IMG/VR virus record: IMGVR_UViG_3300028666_000028
Location: 1 to 20,867 of that record
From: a virus
Taxonomy: Duplodnaviria > Heunggongvirae > Uroviricota > Caudoviricetes
Strand: one strand, 5' to 3'
Length of the DNA stretch: 20,867 nt
Under the pieces are notes generated by a model, which made no database searches, was not told where the DNA came from, and was given only the letters and a program-made list of their open reading frames with translations. Position 1 is the stretch's first letter; each line of letters starts with the position of its first letter. Of the stretch, positions 8,189 to 16,313 are shown in pieces. The position numbers and the translations under genes were made by a program.

Positions 8189-8348
8189 TGAATATACTCC
8201 TATATGTATAACAAAAAATCCAATCACTCGTTTCTGCATATGAATAATAACGATATATATGTATTCCAATGGCGCGTGTCTGTGTAATAACTCCAAACTC
8301 GCCCCTTGGTTCATAATAATAACCTAATTGTTTAACTAACTCAATCAT
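8181..8348 (-). CDS. micro-ORF family member (55 aa, MIELVKQLGY...DWIF)
   Basis: Near-consensus head ELVKQLGY; overlaps both neighbours by 8 nt. Confidence 0.7.
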   Translation of the reverse strand: MIELVKQLGYYYEPRGEFGVITQTRAIGIHIYRYYSYAETSDWIFCYTYRSIFNE

Positions 8349-8556
8349 TTGGTTTCCTACTGTTTTTAGCTGCGAGCTCTATGTAACTTATAAGCTGCGG
8401 TGCTACACTATTCAATACTAACACAAACTTCTTATACTCGTCAAGAGCCTTAATAGCATCTGAGCTTAATGCACCTGCTAACATTGCTACACTTATATCA
8501 TCTAAGTTATTATCTTTGGCATATGCTGTTATGAACTGAAGTAATCCAGCTTCCAT
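8341..8556 (-). CDS. hypothetical protein
   Basis: Track ORF 8341..8607, start moved to MEAGLL to avoid overlap with the upstream ORF. Confidence 0.6.
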   Translation of the reverse strand: MEAGLLQFITAYAKDNNLDDISVAMLAGALSSDAIKALDEYKKFVLVLNSVAPQLISYIELAAKNSRKPND

Positions 8557-8557
8557 A

Positions 8558-8719
8558 TCATCCGTCTCCGTTATAACCAATAAAATCTGAATCTCTTTGT
8601 TCATCATACATCATATCACAAATTGATGCATATTCATTAGTGATTTCATCTTCAGTTGGCTTACGTCCAAGTTCTTCTGTTAGTCGTTCTTGAATTTCAA
8701 TATAAGTATCTTTGTCCAT
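8558..8719 (-). CDS. hypothetical acidic protein (53 aa, MDKDTYIEIQ...)
   Basis: TAATG overlap with the collagen-like gene stop; hand translation. Confidence 0.55.
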   Translation of the reverse strand: MDKDTYIEIQERLTEELGRKPTEDEITNEYASICDMMYDEQRDSDFIGYNGDG

Positions 8720-9378
8720 TAGAATGTATTCCCAAATTGATCTGTTAAAGTAGTTCCACTAACTGTAAAATGACAGTTAGATCCATCTGTATCAACATAA
8801 CTTCCATTAGGTATAAGTGTTAACCTAACTGTTAATGCATCTCCATTAGCTGAGAATGAAGACAGGAATTGACCATTAACAAGTTTAATAATTACTTCAC
8901 GATAACTAGTAGTAATAGAAGGGCATGGTGTAATGAACTTCAATATAGCATATTGTGGCGCAGGTGTTCCAGGTGCACCTTGAGCTCCTGTTGCTCCAGT
9001 GTTACCTTGGACTCCTTGATTACCTTGCTGACCTTGTATACCATCGCATACTACAGTTGACTGATTCACTTCAGATGCTTCTAGTATGTTATTTGAGTTA
9101 TTATCTAATCCGCTTCGTACAATTGAACCAGAACCAGCGGCACAAATTGAAGTATCAGCCGTGAATCTTGAAAGTGAAAGTAATGAGTTTAGACCATTAG
9201 TTCCCGTCGTGCCTTGACTTCCATCCTTTCCATTTACTCCATTAGATCCATCCTTACCAGCTGGACCAGGAACTTGAACAGTATTTGATTTATAAGTCTC
9301 CTCGCCACATGATATAAATACCAGTGTTAGCACTGATACAGTTAGTAGACCAAGTATTAGAACTGCTAATTTTCTCAT
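8719..9378 (-). CDS. collagen-like (Gly-X-Y) lipoprotein
   Basis: Hydrophobic signal ending in lipobox-like VFISC; two Gly-X-Y tracts flanking a C...GLDNNSNNILEASEV...VCDG module. Confidence 0.8.
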   Translation of the reverse strand: MRKLAVLILGLLTVSVLTLVFISCGEETYKSNTVQVPGPAGKDGSNGVNGKDGSQGTTGTNGLNSLLSLSRFTADTSICAAGSGSIVRSGLDNNSNNILEASEVNQSTVVCDGIQGQQGNQGVQGNTGATGAQGAPGTPAPQYAILKFITPCPSITTSYREVIIKLVNGQFLSSFSANGDALTVRLTLIPNGSYVDTDGSNCHFTVSGTTLTDQFGNTF

Positions 9379-9662
9379 GCTGCTTCTGCCTTCTTTATTT
9401 TATTCACTTTTAATGTTACTACATTTGAAACTTTAATATAAGGTTTAAGAATAGTATTATCTAATTCAAGTGATGCCTTCTTAAGATCAAAGCTTTCACG
9501 ACTAGATGTAGTTAGTTCAACTGAATAATCATCTAGTGTATATACACCAGCTTCATTCTTAAATCTAGTCTTAATCTCTTTATTAATAGGATCTAACTCG
9601 GCTTCTAGTTCTTTGATTTGTTCTTTAAGTTCTACATATCTTTTAAGTTGTTCTATTTCCAT
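9375..9662 (-). CDS. phage coiled-coil hypothetical protein
   Basis: GGAGG Shine-Dalgarno; heptad-rich N-terminus. Confidence 0.75.
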   Translation of the reverse strand: MEIEQLKRYVELKEQIKELEAELDPINKEIKTRFKNEAGVYTLDDYSVELTTSSRESFDLKKASLELDNTILKPYIKVSNVVTLKVNKIKKAEAA

Positions 9663-9681
9663 ATATCCTCCTTTAATAACT

Positions 9682-9894
9682 TTAATTTAAGTTCACTGAA
9701 TTGTCAATAGGTGTTAATACTAATCTAGAGATATCCATACACCTCATTATCTCTCTATCTGTTAAATTACTATGAGAGAATGTTAATCTAAATATATAGT
9801 GTTTATAAAACATTCGAAGTTCATATCCAGTTAAGAAGCGATATGACTCTAATCTGAAATCTTTAGGACACTTTATATGATCTATTTTAATCAT
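9682..9894 (-). CDS. hypothetical protein (70 aa)
   Basis: ORF track, colinear with neighbours. Confidence 0.6.
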   Translation of the reverse strand: MIKIDHIKCPKDFRLESYRFLTGYELRMFYKHYIFRLTFSHSNLTDREIMRCMDISRLVLTPIDNSVNLN

Positions 9895-9898
9895 ATAG

Positions 9899-10222
9899 TT
9901 ACCATCTTAATGTTATAACTCCAGCTGACAATAAACTTCCAACTCCGCCGCTAATCAAACTTCTTTTAGTATCACTAGGGAAGCCTTCAGATGCCTTATA
10001 GGCAACGTTTGCGGCAGTTGATACTGCAACGCCTACAACTGTACACAAAGTCTTATCTGAAGGGCTATTGATTCGTTCGCAAGCTAACTCTGTTACATCT
10101 GTTATAGCATATGCTCCGCCTAAATGTGCAGTGATGTGCATTAAGTTATCTTGTGTAGTATCTGCATAGCAAGTATTGCATATGCAAATAAGTAATAGTA
10201 TTAATACTTGTAATATCGCCAT
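9899..10222 (-). CDS. secreted or membrane protein with signal peptide
   Basis: Hydrophobic N-terminus ending CYA-D; Gly/Ala-rich hydrophobic helices. Confidence 0.7.
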   Translation of the reverse strand: MAILQVLILLLICICNTCYADTTQDNLMHITAHLGGAYAITDVTELACERINSPSDKTLCTVVGVAVSTAANVAYKASEGFPSDTKRSLISGGVGSLLSAGVITLRW

Positions 10223-10308
10223 AGTCCTTGTCCTGTTATAATAATTACATTAAATTTACTTCCTACATGGTAAGATTCATTTATTAAATGTTCAACTAAT
10301 TCATTCAT
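10201..10308 (-). CDS. micro-ORF family member (35 aa, MNELVEHLIN...LWRY)
   Basis: ATGA overlap with the sigma-r4 gene stop; both motifs recognisable. Confidence 0.6.
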   Translation of the reverse strand: MNELVEHLINESYHVGSKFNVIIITGQGLWRYYKY

Positions 10309-10601
10309 ATAAAATCCTTAAGATTATCTTTAAATTTATGAAATCTTTTAAGTTTTTTTATACTTTTATCATATATGAAATGTATTCTAGCTTCTGTTAC
10401 TTCATATCTATTAGCTATTTCACTAATACTCCAAGGATAGTTTCCAGTTAAACCAAAATACATAATTAATAATTTAACTTCAAAAGGTCTTAAAAGTAAA
10501 CTTAATTGATTAATTACAATCTTATTTAATTCTTTATTTGAATATAATTCATCTGGACCAATTAATTCTTTTAAAAATGGATTGTATTTAATTTTACTCA
10601 T
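10305..10601 (-). CDS. stand-alone sigma70 region-4-like HTH protein
   Basis: LRPFEVKLLIMYFGLTGNYPWSISEIANRYEVTEARIHFIYDKSIKKLKR follows the RpoD region-4 pattern; no region 2; start MSKIK by ATGA overlap. Confidence 0.8.
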   Translation of the reverse strand: MSKIKYNPFLKELIGPDELYSNKELNKIVINQLSLLLRPFEVKLLIMYFGLTGNYPWSISEIANRYEVTEARIHFIYDKSIKKLKRFHKFKDNLKDFI

Positions 10602-10671
10602 ATAATAAACCATATTAATACCATAATCCAAACTACAACCCAAAGTAAACAAGCAAACACATCGTCATTCA

Positions 10672-10848
10672 TTAGTTACCCTTCAATTCAGCTTCTAAGT
10701 TATCATAGTAATCAGAATATGTCAAGTCGTCTAGTTCCATATCAGTTAGATTAAAGTCACATTCTAGACATTCAGTCCATTCATTGAATGTATCAAGATA
10801 ACGTTGACCTTCTGCACAATCGCAGTTTTCATAGTGTATACGTTTCAT
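10672..10848 (-). CDS. small acidic Cys-containing protein (58 aa)
   Basis: Hand translation MKRIHYENCDCAEG...CLEC... Confidence 0.55.
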   Translation of the reverse strand: MKRIHYENCDCAEGQRYLDTFNEWTECLECDFNLTDMELDDLTYSDYYDNLEAELKGN

Positions 10849-11301
10849 TTTTTAGCTTTCATTATTTTCTTAAATCTTGTTGGTCCTAATATTTCAAACA
10901 ATATAATTAATGGAATAAGTACTATTAAATGTAAAATATTTCGAGGGTTTACATAATGAGTACCTTTCATTCTAAAAGATTTTATGTACACTGTCTAACT
11001 CCTTTGTATATTCTATCTGTTCAAATATATCACAAACTAAATTAGCTTTCAATATACTCTTATGATATATTTCGTAAGGGATAGGCATATAAGTTCCATC
11101 ATACACGTAAACGTATTCAAAGTCACTCATTGCATAACCCAGTTAACTGCTACATAAGTTACAACTAAAGCTTGTCCAAACAACAACGCTTGGATTAAAA
11201 GATCCATAATTTCATTGTGAGCTTTAAGCTTCTTAGTTTGAAGTCTAATCTTTTTAATCTTAGTATCATATCCAAACTTTGGTGCATTAATAGTTTCCAT
11301 G

Positions 11302-11478
11302 TTATTTCACTCCCACTAATAGATCTTCTACATCCAGGAAGTTATAGAGATTGTACAATCTTGAATGTACTTCTAATGGTATCTTTGTACCTAATTCTGC
11401 ATTTATCATTTGATCTATTTTAATTTGTGCTTTAAACTCTGCTAATGCATTTAGTATATCTTTATTATGTTGAGTCAT
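11302..11478 (-). CDS. hypothetical protein (58 aa, MTQHNK...)
   Basis: GAGGTG Shine-Dalgarno before the internal ATG of the track ORF. Confidence 0.6.
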   Translation of the reverse strand: MTQHNKDILNALAEFKAQIKIDQMINAELGTKIPLEVHSRLYNLYNFLDVEDLLVGVK

Positions 11479-11521
11479 ATTTATCACCTCAATTAAAGAA
11501 TAACATAGTCTATTTGCTTTG

Positions 11522-12064
11522 TCAACGTCTCCAAAAACCACTAAAGGTTTGACAATAAGTGAAAGAATTTCCAATATAATCAACTACTTCCCAAACAGGT
11601 GCATATGAATAGTGGCCGCTATAGTGATTATAATTACTTTGTTCAAACCCTGCATATCTAAACTCTTTAAAATTCTCTATAATGTTCATCATTGATTCAT
11701 TATCATTAGGACCATCTGGAATAGTTAACTCACTCAATCTATTCACCTTTTTAAGTCGTCCAGTTGGAGTCTTATATAAACCTTGTAAGAATGCTAATCC
11801 TTGTTTAGTATGATCTAATTCAATTCTAACTATCTTGCTAGGTTTACCTTTGTATTCATGAATATCAGTTAACTCTTTTATCTCATGGCTAGTTAGATTG
11901 TGCACTAATCCATGATGATTAAGTATAGACTTTAAGTTAACAATCTCTTGTTTAGTAACAAAGCCTTTGTCTGCAATAGTTGCATACTTATGATATCGTT
12001 TACTAAACTTAGGCAATACTCCCAAATCTTCTTTTAATTTTCTTAGGCTATAATCTGCATTCAT
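11522..12064 (-). CDS. phage hypothetical protein (180 aa)
   Basis: Long ORF, TAATG coupling; no function recognised. Confidence 0.8.
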   Translation of the reverse strand: MNADYSLRKLKEDLGVLPKFSKRYHKYATIADKGFVTKQEIVNLKSILNHHGLVHNLTSHEIKELTDIHEYKGKPSKIVRIELDHTKQGLAFLQGLYKTPTGRLKKVNRLSELTIPDGPNDNESMMNIIENFKEFRYAGFEQSNYNHYSGHYSYAPVWEVVDYIGNSFTYCQTFSGFWRR

Positions 12065-12300
12065 TAGTAAAGCTCCTCATATTTAAATTTATACTTTGGA
12101 TATGTACTAAAATTAAGTAATAGATCTTTAATGTTTACAATTAAATATTCATTGTTATCTCTTTTAATTAAAATCTTCTCATGTCCTTCTGCTCTTAATA
12201 ATCCTTCTTTTAAATTAGTAGATGGAATAATTGGAGTTACTGATTCTTTTAATTTAGTATACCATACTTTAAAATCATATTCTTTAATCAAGTTATTCAT
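12064..12300 (-). CDS. hypothetical protein (78 aa)
   Basis: ORF track; overlaps both neighbours. Confidence 0.7.
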   Translation of the reverse strand: MNNLIKEYDFKVWYTKLKESVTPIIPSTNLKEGLLRAEGHEKILIKRDNNEYLIVNIKDLLLNFSTYPKYKFKYEELY

Positions 12301-12464
12301 TTAGTTAGTCTCCCTTCTAAGAACTCAATTACTTCAGCCGCCACATTAGCGTACTCAATCCAACCTTTGCTAGTTAACGTGTTACCAGCTTTCTCAGCTT
12401 CAATAGCTTTTATCATCCATTCAACTCTTAATTGTCTAACGTCTTCGACTGCACTATCTTTCAT
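12297..12464 (-). CDS. hypothetical protein (55 aa, MKDSAVEDVR...)
   Basis: GAGGAG Shine-Dalgarno; ATGA overlap downstream. Confidence 0.65.
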   Translation of the reverse strand: MKDSAVEDVRQLRVEWMIKAIEAEKAGNTLTSKGWIEYANVAAEVIEFLEGRLTK

Positions 12465-12631
12465 ATAATTAACTCCTCAGTTTGACTATATCTATAACTA
12501 TATTGAATGCAGTTATCCTCTTCCAAGTCTCTGTTATTTGTTTATTAAACCAATCTAACCTTAGTTGCATTCTATGGAATATTATAGTTACTTCATACTT
12601 AAAATAATTTATTCTATAAACTCTCATATTG

Positions 12632-13015
12632 TTACTTTACAATTGCATACTTAATTCCAGTTGTTAAGTCTTCTGTATAATCCCCATTGTAGTTATCGTT
12701 TACAGCTTCAAACCTACCTAATACTTCATTGACTTCATTAACAGTAACAAAGCTAGGATGCCTAGAGCCGTCAAGTTTCAATATACAGTCTTGATTATAC
12801 TTTCGACAATGATCTTGTGCAGTCTTATCATTCCATCCTAGAATCACTACTGAATCTTCTTTAGTTCCTTTATATACTCCTTTGACTTCTTTAATAGAGT
12901 ATCCATCATCTCTAAGTTGTCTAACAAAGTCAGCGTGAAAGCTTTGATTTACGGTTAGCGATTGACTTGTTTGATATACGCTTGCGATATAAGTTGTTGG
13001 ATAGATTGGCTTCAT
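12632..13015 (-). CDS. S-adenosylmethionine lyase (T3 gp0.3 SAMase-like)
   Basis: N-x-x-x-H helix, G46-V-Y-K...E53-D-S, Q75-D-C-I-L and C-terminal GRFEAV...GDYTED parallel the recalled T3 SAMase layout (GCY...EEK...QDCVL...GSFQEV...GCFTID). Confidence 0.72.
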   Translation of the reverse strand: MKPIYPTTYIASVYQTSQSLTVNQSFHADFVRQLRDDGYSIKEVKGVYKGTKEDSVVILGWNDKTAQDHCRKYNQDCILKLDGSRHPSFVTVNEVNEVLGRFEAVNDNYNGDYTEDLTTGIKYAIVK

Positions 13016-13016
13016 T

Positions 13017-13478
13017 TTAATTTACTCCTATAACTTGCTTCAAACTAGAAGCACTTAAGTTGTTAAGATTATACAATTGACGGCCTAATAGCTTATTAAC
13101 TACATCAATCTTCTGATTAAGTTCTGTTATCTTAGCTTGACGCTGTACATTCTTAGCCTTATGTGATCTAGGTTTAGCAATCTCATTCTTTAGTCTAGTA
13201 ACTTCCATAGTATGATAAGCTATAGCACTTTCTGGTGATTGCAAACCTTTAGGTGCTTCAATCTCTAGATCAATCTTAATGCCTAGGTCTCTAAGTACAC
13301 TTCTAATCTTCCATTGATGCTTATTAGTGCTAGGGCTATAGTTATAATCATTGAATATAACTAAACCATTAATCTTATCAACAAACCTCCACCAATCATA
13401 GGAATATGCTCGACAAGTTGCAGGATTAAAGCTAACATTAGATGCCTTGTATAACTTAAGTTTACTAAAGTACTTCAT
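13017..13478 (-). CDS. phage hypothetical protein with YSxSTxKHQ motif
   Basis: AAGGAG Shine-Dalgarno before MKYFSK; C-terminal coiled coil. Confidence 0.75.
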   Translation of the reverse strand: MKYFSKLKLYKASNVSFNPATCRAYSYDWWRFVDKINGLVIFNDYNYSPSTNKHQWKIRSVLRDLGIKIDLEIEAPKGLQSPESAIAYHTMEVTRLKNEIAKPRSHKAKNVQRQAKITELNQKIDVVNKLLGRQLYNLNNLSASSLKQVIGVN

Positions 13479-13654
13479 TTTAAAGACTCCTTTGCTAATA
13501 CGTTTCGAATAGCTATACATTCACTTTCAGTTTGACACTCTGTTAGCATCTTGTCAAGCTGTATAACTATATTACTTCTAGGTTTGCTATAAGCTTTAGG
13601 TTGCATCGCTAGATGTAAACCTGTTAACGCTATAGCTAAAATAATCCATCTCAT
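13475..13654 (-). CDS. small protein with N-terminal hydrophobic segment (59 aa)
   Basis: Hand translation MRWIILAIALTGLHLA...; overlaps both neighbours. Confidence 0.55.
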   Translation of the reverse strand: MRWIILAIALTGLHLAMQPKAYSKPRSNIVIQLDKMLTECQTESECIAIRNVLAKESLK

Positions 13655-13779
13655 TAGTTACCCTTCACTACTTCAACATATCCCTTGAAAGCTGCAGCAT
13701 ACTCTTTAGCCATGTTTACAGCTTCATATTCAGTATCAAACTCGTCTATGACTTCATTATTCCATATTAGTTTAAACAT
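13654..13779 (-). CDS. small phage protein (41 aa, MFKLIWNNEVIDEFDTEYEA...)
   Basis: GAGGAG Shine-Dalgarno; TAATG overlap downstream. Confidence 0.65.
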   Translation of the reverse strand: MFKLIWNNEVIDEFDTEYEAVNMAKEYAAAFKGYVEVVKGN

Positions 13780-13850
13780 GTCAATACTCCTCTATTCAAA
13801 GGCTAAGCAAATCACATATCCAATTATGACAATTAAAATCAGTGTAAACA

Positions 13851-14171
13851 TTAGATTGACTCCTCAACATAGAAGTGCTCAATTGTAGTCTTAGGCTTCT
13901 TATTATGCAGTGTAACCCACGTTTCACGCGTAAAGTATTCATTGCAATCTTCATACTTAACTTGCTTCTCAAATACCCATCCTATTGAAACTACACTTCC
14001 ATCTAGCTTCTCAATGAATACTTTACCTGTACATCTTCCGTTATCCTTCTGTAAAGCTTTAAAGAGTATAGCTTTACTATCCGTGAAAGTCTCATATACA
14101 TTGCTTTCACCTAAACCAGCATTATTAGTCTTATCAATCCAACATTCATTAATCATTAAGTTAGTTTTCAT
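13851..14171 (-). CDS. phage hypothetical protein (GRCTGKVF...IGWVF...ETWV)
   Basis: AAGGAG Shine-Dalgarno, 106 aa ORF. Confidence 0.8.
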   Translation of the reverse strand: MKTNLMINECWIDKTNNAGLGESNVYETFTDSKAILFKALQKDNGRCTGKVFIEKLDGSVVSIGWVFEKQVKYEDCNEYFTRETWVTLHNKKPKTTIEHFYVEESI

Positions 14172-14184
14172 TGTATAATTCTCC

Positions 14185-14397
14185 TTACTTAGTTATCATA
14201 ACGTATTGTTTACCTAAGCGCAATACCTTGCCGCATTTCATTAGCCTAACAAACTCCTCAAAGCCAACCAATATCTCTTTAAACAAAGGTATCTTGTATC
14301 CTTCTAACGTTAGCTCATATAAGTGTATTCTCACCATACAACTATACAATGCAACAACCATGCCAACTTTTAACGCTCTAATAGCCTCTATAAGCAA
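14185..14397 (-). CDS. possible hypothetical protein (70 aa)
   Basis: ORF track only; non-ATG start and no clear Shine-Dalgarno. Confidence 0.35.
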   Translation of the reverse strand: MLIEAIRALKVGMVVALYSCMVRIHLYELTLEGYKIPLFKEILVGFEEFVRLMKCGKVLRLGKQYVMITK

Positions 14398-14947
14398 TCT
14401 TCTATCTTAATGTTACACTTTACGTTCACTATTGCCTATAACAAAGCCTAATATGGTATATAACGACAATCTTTGTTACCTTAACTTGTATACATATAAG
14501 CAACTATAGTTAACAGTAAAAGCAAACAGTTAGCTAAGTCATGCTATAAGCAAGCTATAGACTGTATACTCACGTTATAAGCTATCTATATACTGTTAAC
14601 CAATAGACTGTATACAGTCAGCAGCAACCGCCGTACAGCCAACGCAACATTGGTCAACGGCAAACGGTATAGGTTTACAGTTACCATGCAATCTTTATCT
14701 ATGTAATGTTTGCATATGTAGAGTTTGCAGTGTATAAGTACGGTACACAACACGCTGCATGCAAGTATCATGCCAATAGTCAACAGCTACCCCCCTAATG
14801 GACCATAGGGGTTAACGCTGAGGGTTAGCCTATATGGTTGCCAGAGTGTGGGTGCACAGTTTAAATAAAAGAATGCAGTATAGGTCAATTGTGTACGTTT
14901 ACAGTGTACTATATGCTAGTATACCCCTAGATGGGTTATACAGTGTG

Positions 14948-15127
14948 CTATATATGGTCTACAGTTGACATATAATAAAAATAATCCCATACAGCTTCTG
15001 TTGACATATAATAAAAATAATCCCATACAGCTTCTGTATACTTAGAATCACACAAGATAACTGTTGTACCGCAAGCTTGTACATTATACATATAAACATA
15101 GTTAAACTGCTGACAGAGATCATTCAT
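14948..15127 (-). CDS. micro-ORF family member (59 aa, MNDLCQQFNY...) with an in-frame 12-aa duplication
   Basis: Translates TEAVWDYFYYMS twice; family head. Confidence 0.7.
   Translation of the reverse strand: MNDLCQQFNYVYMYNVQACGTTVILCDSKYTEAVWDYFYYMSTEAVWDYFYYMSTVDHI
14964..15035. repeat. perfect 36-bp tandem duplication
   Basis: gttgacatataataaaaataatcccatacagcttct at 14964-14999 and 15000-15035. Confidence 0.97.
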
Positions 15128-15272
15128 AATCGTAATACCCTATAGCATCCCATTGAACTATCCATAAGTAATGTTTTATCTCAACTAATGAGGCTTGTGG
15201 GCTTATACCTACTTCACCAAATTGAGGATATGAAGCATAATATAAACCATACGCATTTAAAAGGCTATTCAT
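15120..15272 (-). CDS. micro-ORF family member (50 aa, MNSLLNAYGL...LWIV)
   Basis: Overlapping chain; family motifs. Confidence 0.65.
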   Translation of the reverse strand: MNSLLNAYGLYYASYPQFGEVGISPQASLVEIKHYLWIVQWDAIGYYDYE

Positions 15273-15405
15273 AATTGTATTGCCATATAAGTTGGCCAGA
15301 ACTCCATGAGCTTTGATAAGGTACCCAAATACCTATGAAAGCCTGATTGCTAAGACCAAAGGAAGCCTCATAACTATAGCATAAGTGTTTACAAAGCATA
15401 TTCAT
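15265..15405 (-). CDS. micro-ORF family member (46 aa, MNMLCKHLCY...IWQY)
   Basis: Internal ATG of track ORF 15265..15459. Confidence 0.65.
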   Translation of the reverse strand: MNMLCKHLCYSYEASFGLSNQAFIGIWVPYQSSWSSGQLIWQYNYE

Positions 15406-15541
15406 AATAGGTGTATTCCCATAATACTTCGCCATAGCACATTCTATTAACGATATCATAGTTAGACCATATGCCTACTTGCATGATGTCTTCATCAACA
15501 TCGTAATTACCATATCCTAAAGCTACAATTAGGTTATTCAT
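15389..15541 (-). CDS. micro-ORF family member (50 aa, MNNLIVALGY...LWEY)
   Basis: Hand translation; both motifs present. Confidence 0.65.
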   Translation of the reverse strand: MNNLIVALGYGNYDVDEDIMQVGIWSNYDIVNRMCYGEVLWEYTYYEYAL

Positions 15542-15654
15542 ATAAGTCTGCTTTTAACATATAGAAATTATATTTTAAATCCATTATAATCATAGTTGGC
15601 CTCTAAAGTTCATATAAGCCTCTACATGAAGACTTTTTGTGAAGGTAAGGTAGA

Positions 15655-15816
15655 TCATATAAGTTTCCTATAAAACCACAAATCCTGCGTATAATCGCTT
15701 ACTGGGCCTATTATATGTCGAACTTCATAAAAGACTGCATATGGTTGACATGGATCTACAAATTGGTATATAACATGGTATTTGAAGTGTCCAAACTGTT
15801 GTATTAGCTTATTCAT
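15655..15816 (-). CDS. micro-ORF family member (53 aa, MNKLIQQFGH...LWFY)
   Basis: Internal ATG of track ORF 15655..15846, ATGA overlap. Confidence 0.7.
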   Translation of the reverse strand: MNKLIQQFGHFKYHVIYQFVDPCQPYAVFYEVRHIIGPVSDYTQDLWFYRKLI

Positions 15817-15950
15817 GGATATATAACTTTCCGCCATAAACAACATTCATCTATACCAAATTCATCTCCTCTGCAAATACCAATTGCACCACATACATCA
15901 TTAATAGTATAGTAATATTCATAATTGAATTGTTCACAAAGTAACTTCAT
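15813..15950 (-). CDS. micro-ORF family member (45 aa, MKLLCEQFNY...LWRK)
   Basis: ATGA overlaps on both sides; family motifs. Confidence 0.65.
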   Translation of the reverse strand: MKLLCEQFNYEYYYTINDVCGAIGICRGDEFGIDECCLWRKVIYP

Positions 15951-16084
15951 GGCCATATCCTTATATCCCATATAGGTTCTCCTCCCATTCTTCTAATTCT
16001 TAAACAAATATACCACATATTTGGGACTGCAACTGAATCATTTGCTTCATAACTATAACCTAACTGTTTAAGTAGATTATACAA
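15947..16084 (-). CDS. micro-ORF family member (45 aa, TTG start, MYNLLKQLGY...IWDI)
   Basis: Near-consensus LLKQLGY head; start codon uncertain. Confidence 0.55.
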   Translation of the reverse strand: MYNLLKQLGYSYEANDSVAVPNMWYICLRIRRMGGEPIWDIRIWP

Positions 16085-16313
16085 TTATTCTACCCCAAGG
16101 CATATACAAACAAATCTCGGTATATCCATTAGTATAGTTTAATCCCGAATATACAGCTTGCATATGTAAATCTCTTTTTAAACTATACATATCTACAACA
16201 ACCCACCATATTGGCTCAAGTCCATAACACCCTGGAGCAGTAAGATATAATAGTTGATCACCAGGACCAAATTTAGATAAAGTATAACCTAGTGTTTTAA
16301 AGAGTTCATTCAT
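16077..16313 (-). CDS. micro-ORF family member (78 aa, MNELFKTLGY...IWWV)
   Basis: ORF track; family head. Confidence 0.7.
   Translation of the reverse strand: MNELFKTLGYTLSKFGPGDQLLYLTAPGCYGLEPIWWVVVDMYSLKRDLHMQAVYSGLNYTNGYTEICLYMPWGRIIV

Noticed and set aside
12064-12300. MNNLIKEYD... as another micro-protein family member
   Set aside because: Only the first six residues match; the Lys-rich body lacks the (L/F)(G/N)Y and late W-x-Y motifs, so it was left out of the count
3078-14410. Plus-strand track ORFs 3078..3281, 8869..9060, 8955..9164, 11217..11423, 13685..13888, 13942..14178 and 14171..14410
   Set aside because: Antisense shadows of better-supported minus-strand genes, with no motifs or ribosome-binding sites
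14586-14783. 65-aa minus-strand ORF
   Set aside because: Atypical composition, no Shine-Dalgarno, lies in the palindrome-rich gap; probably non-coding
14964-15035. 36-bp repeat as a CRISPR array or as a promoter (contains TTGACA and TATAAT)
   Set aside because: Only two directly abutting copies with no spacer; TTGACA and TATAAT are adjacent rather than 17 nt apart; better explained as an in-frame coding duplication on the minus strand
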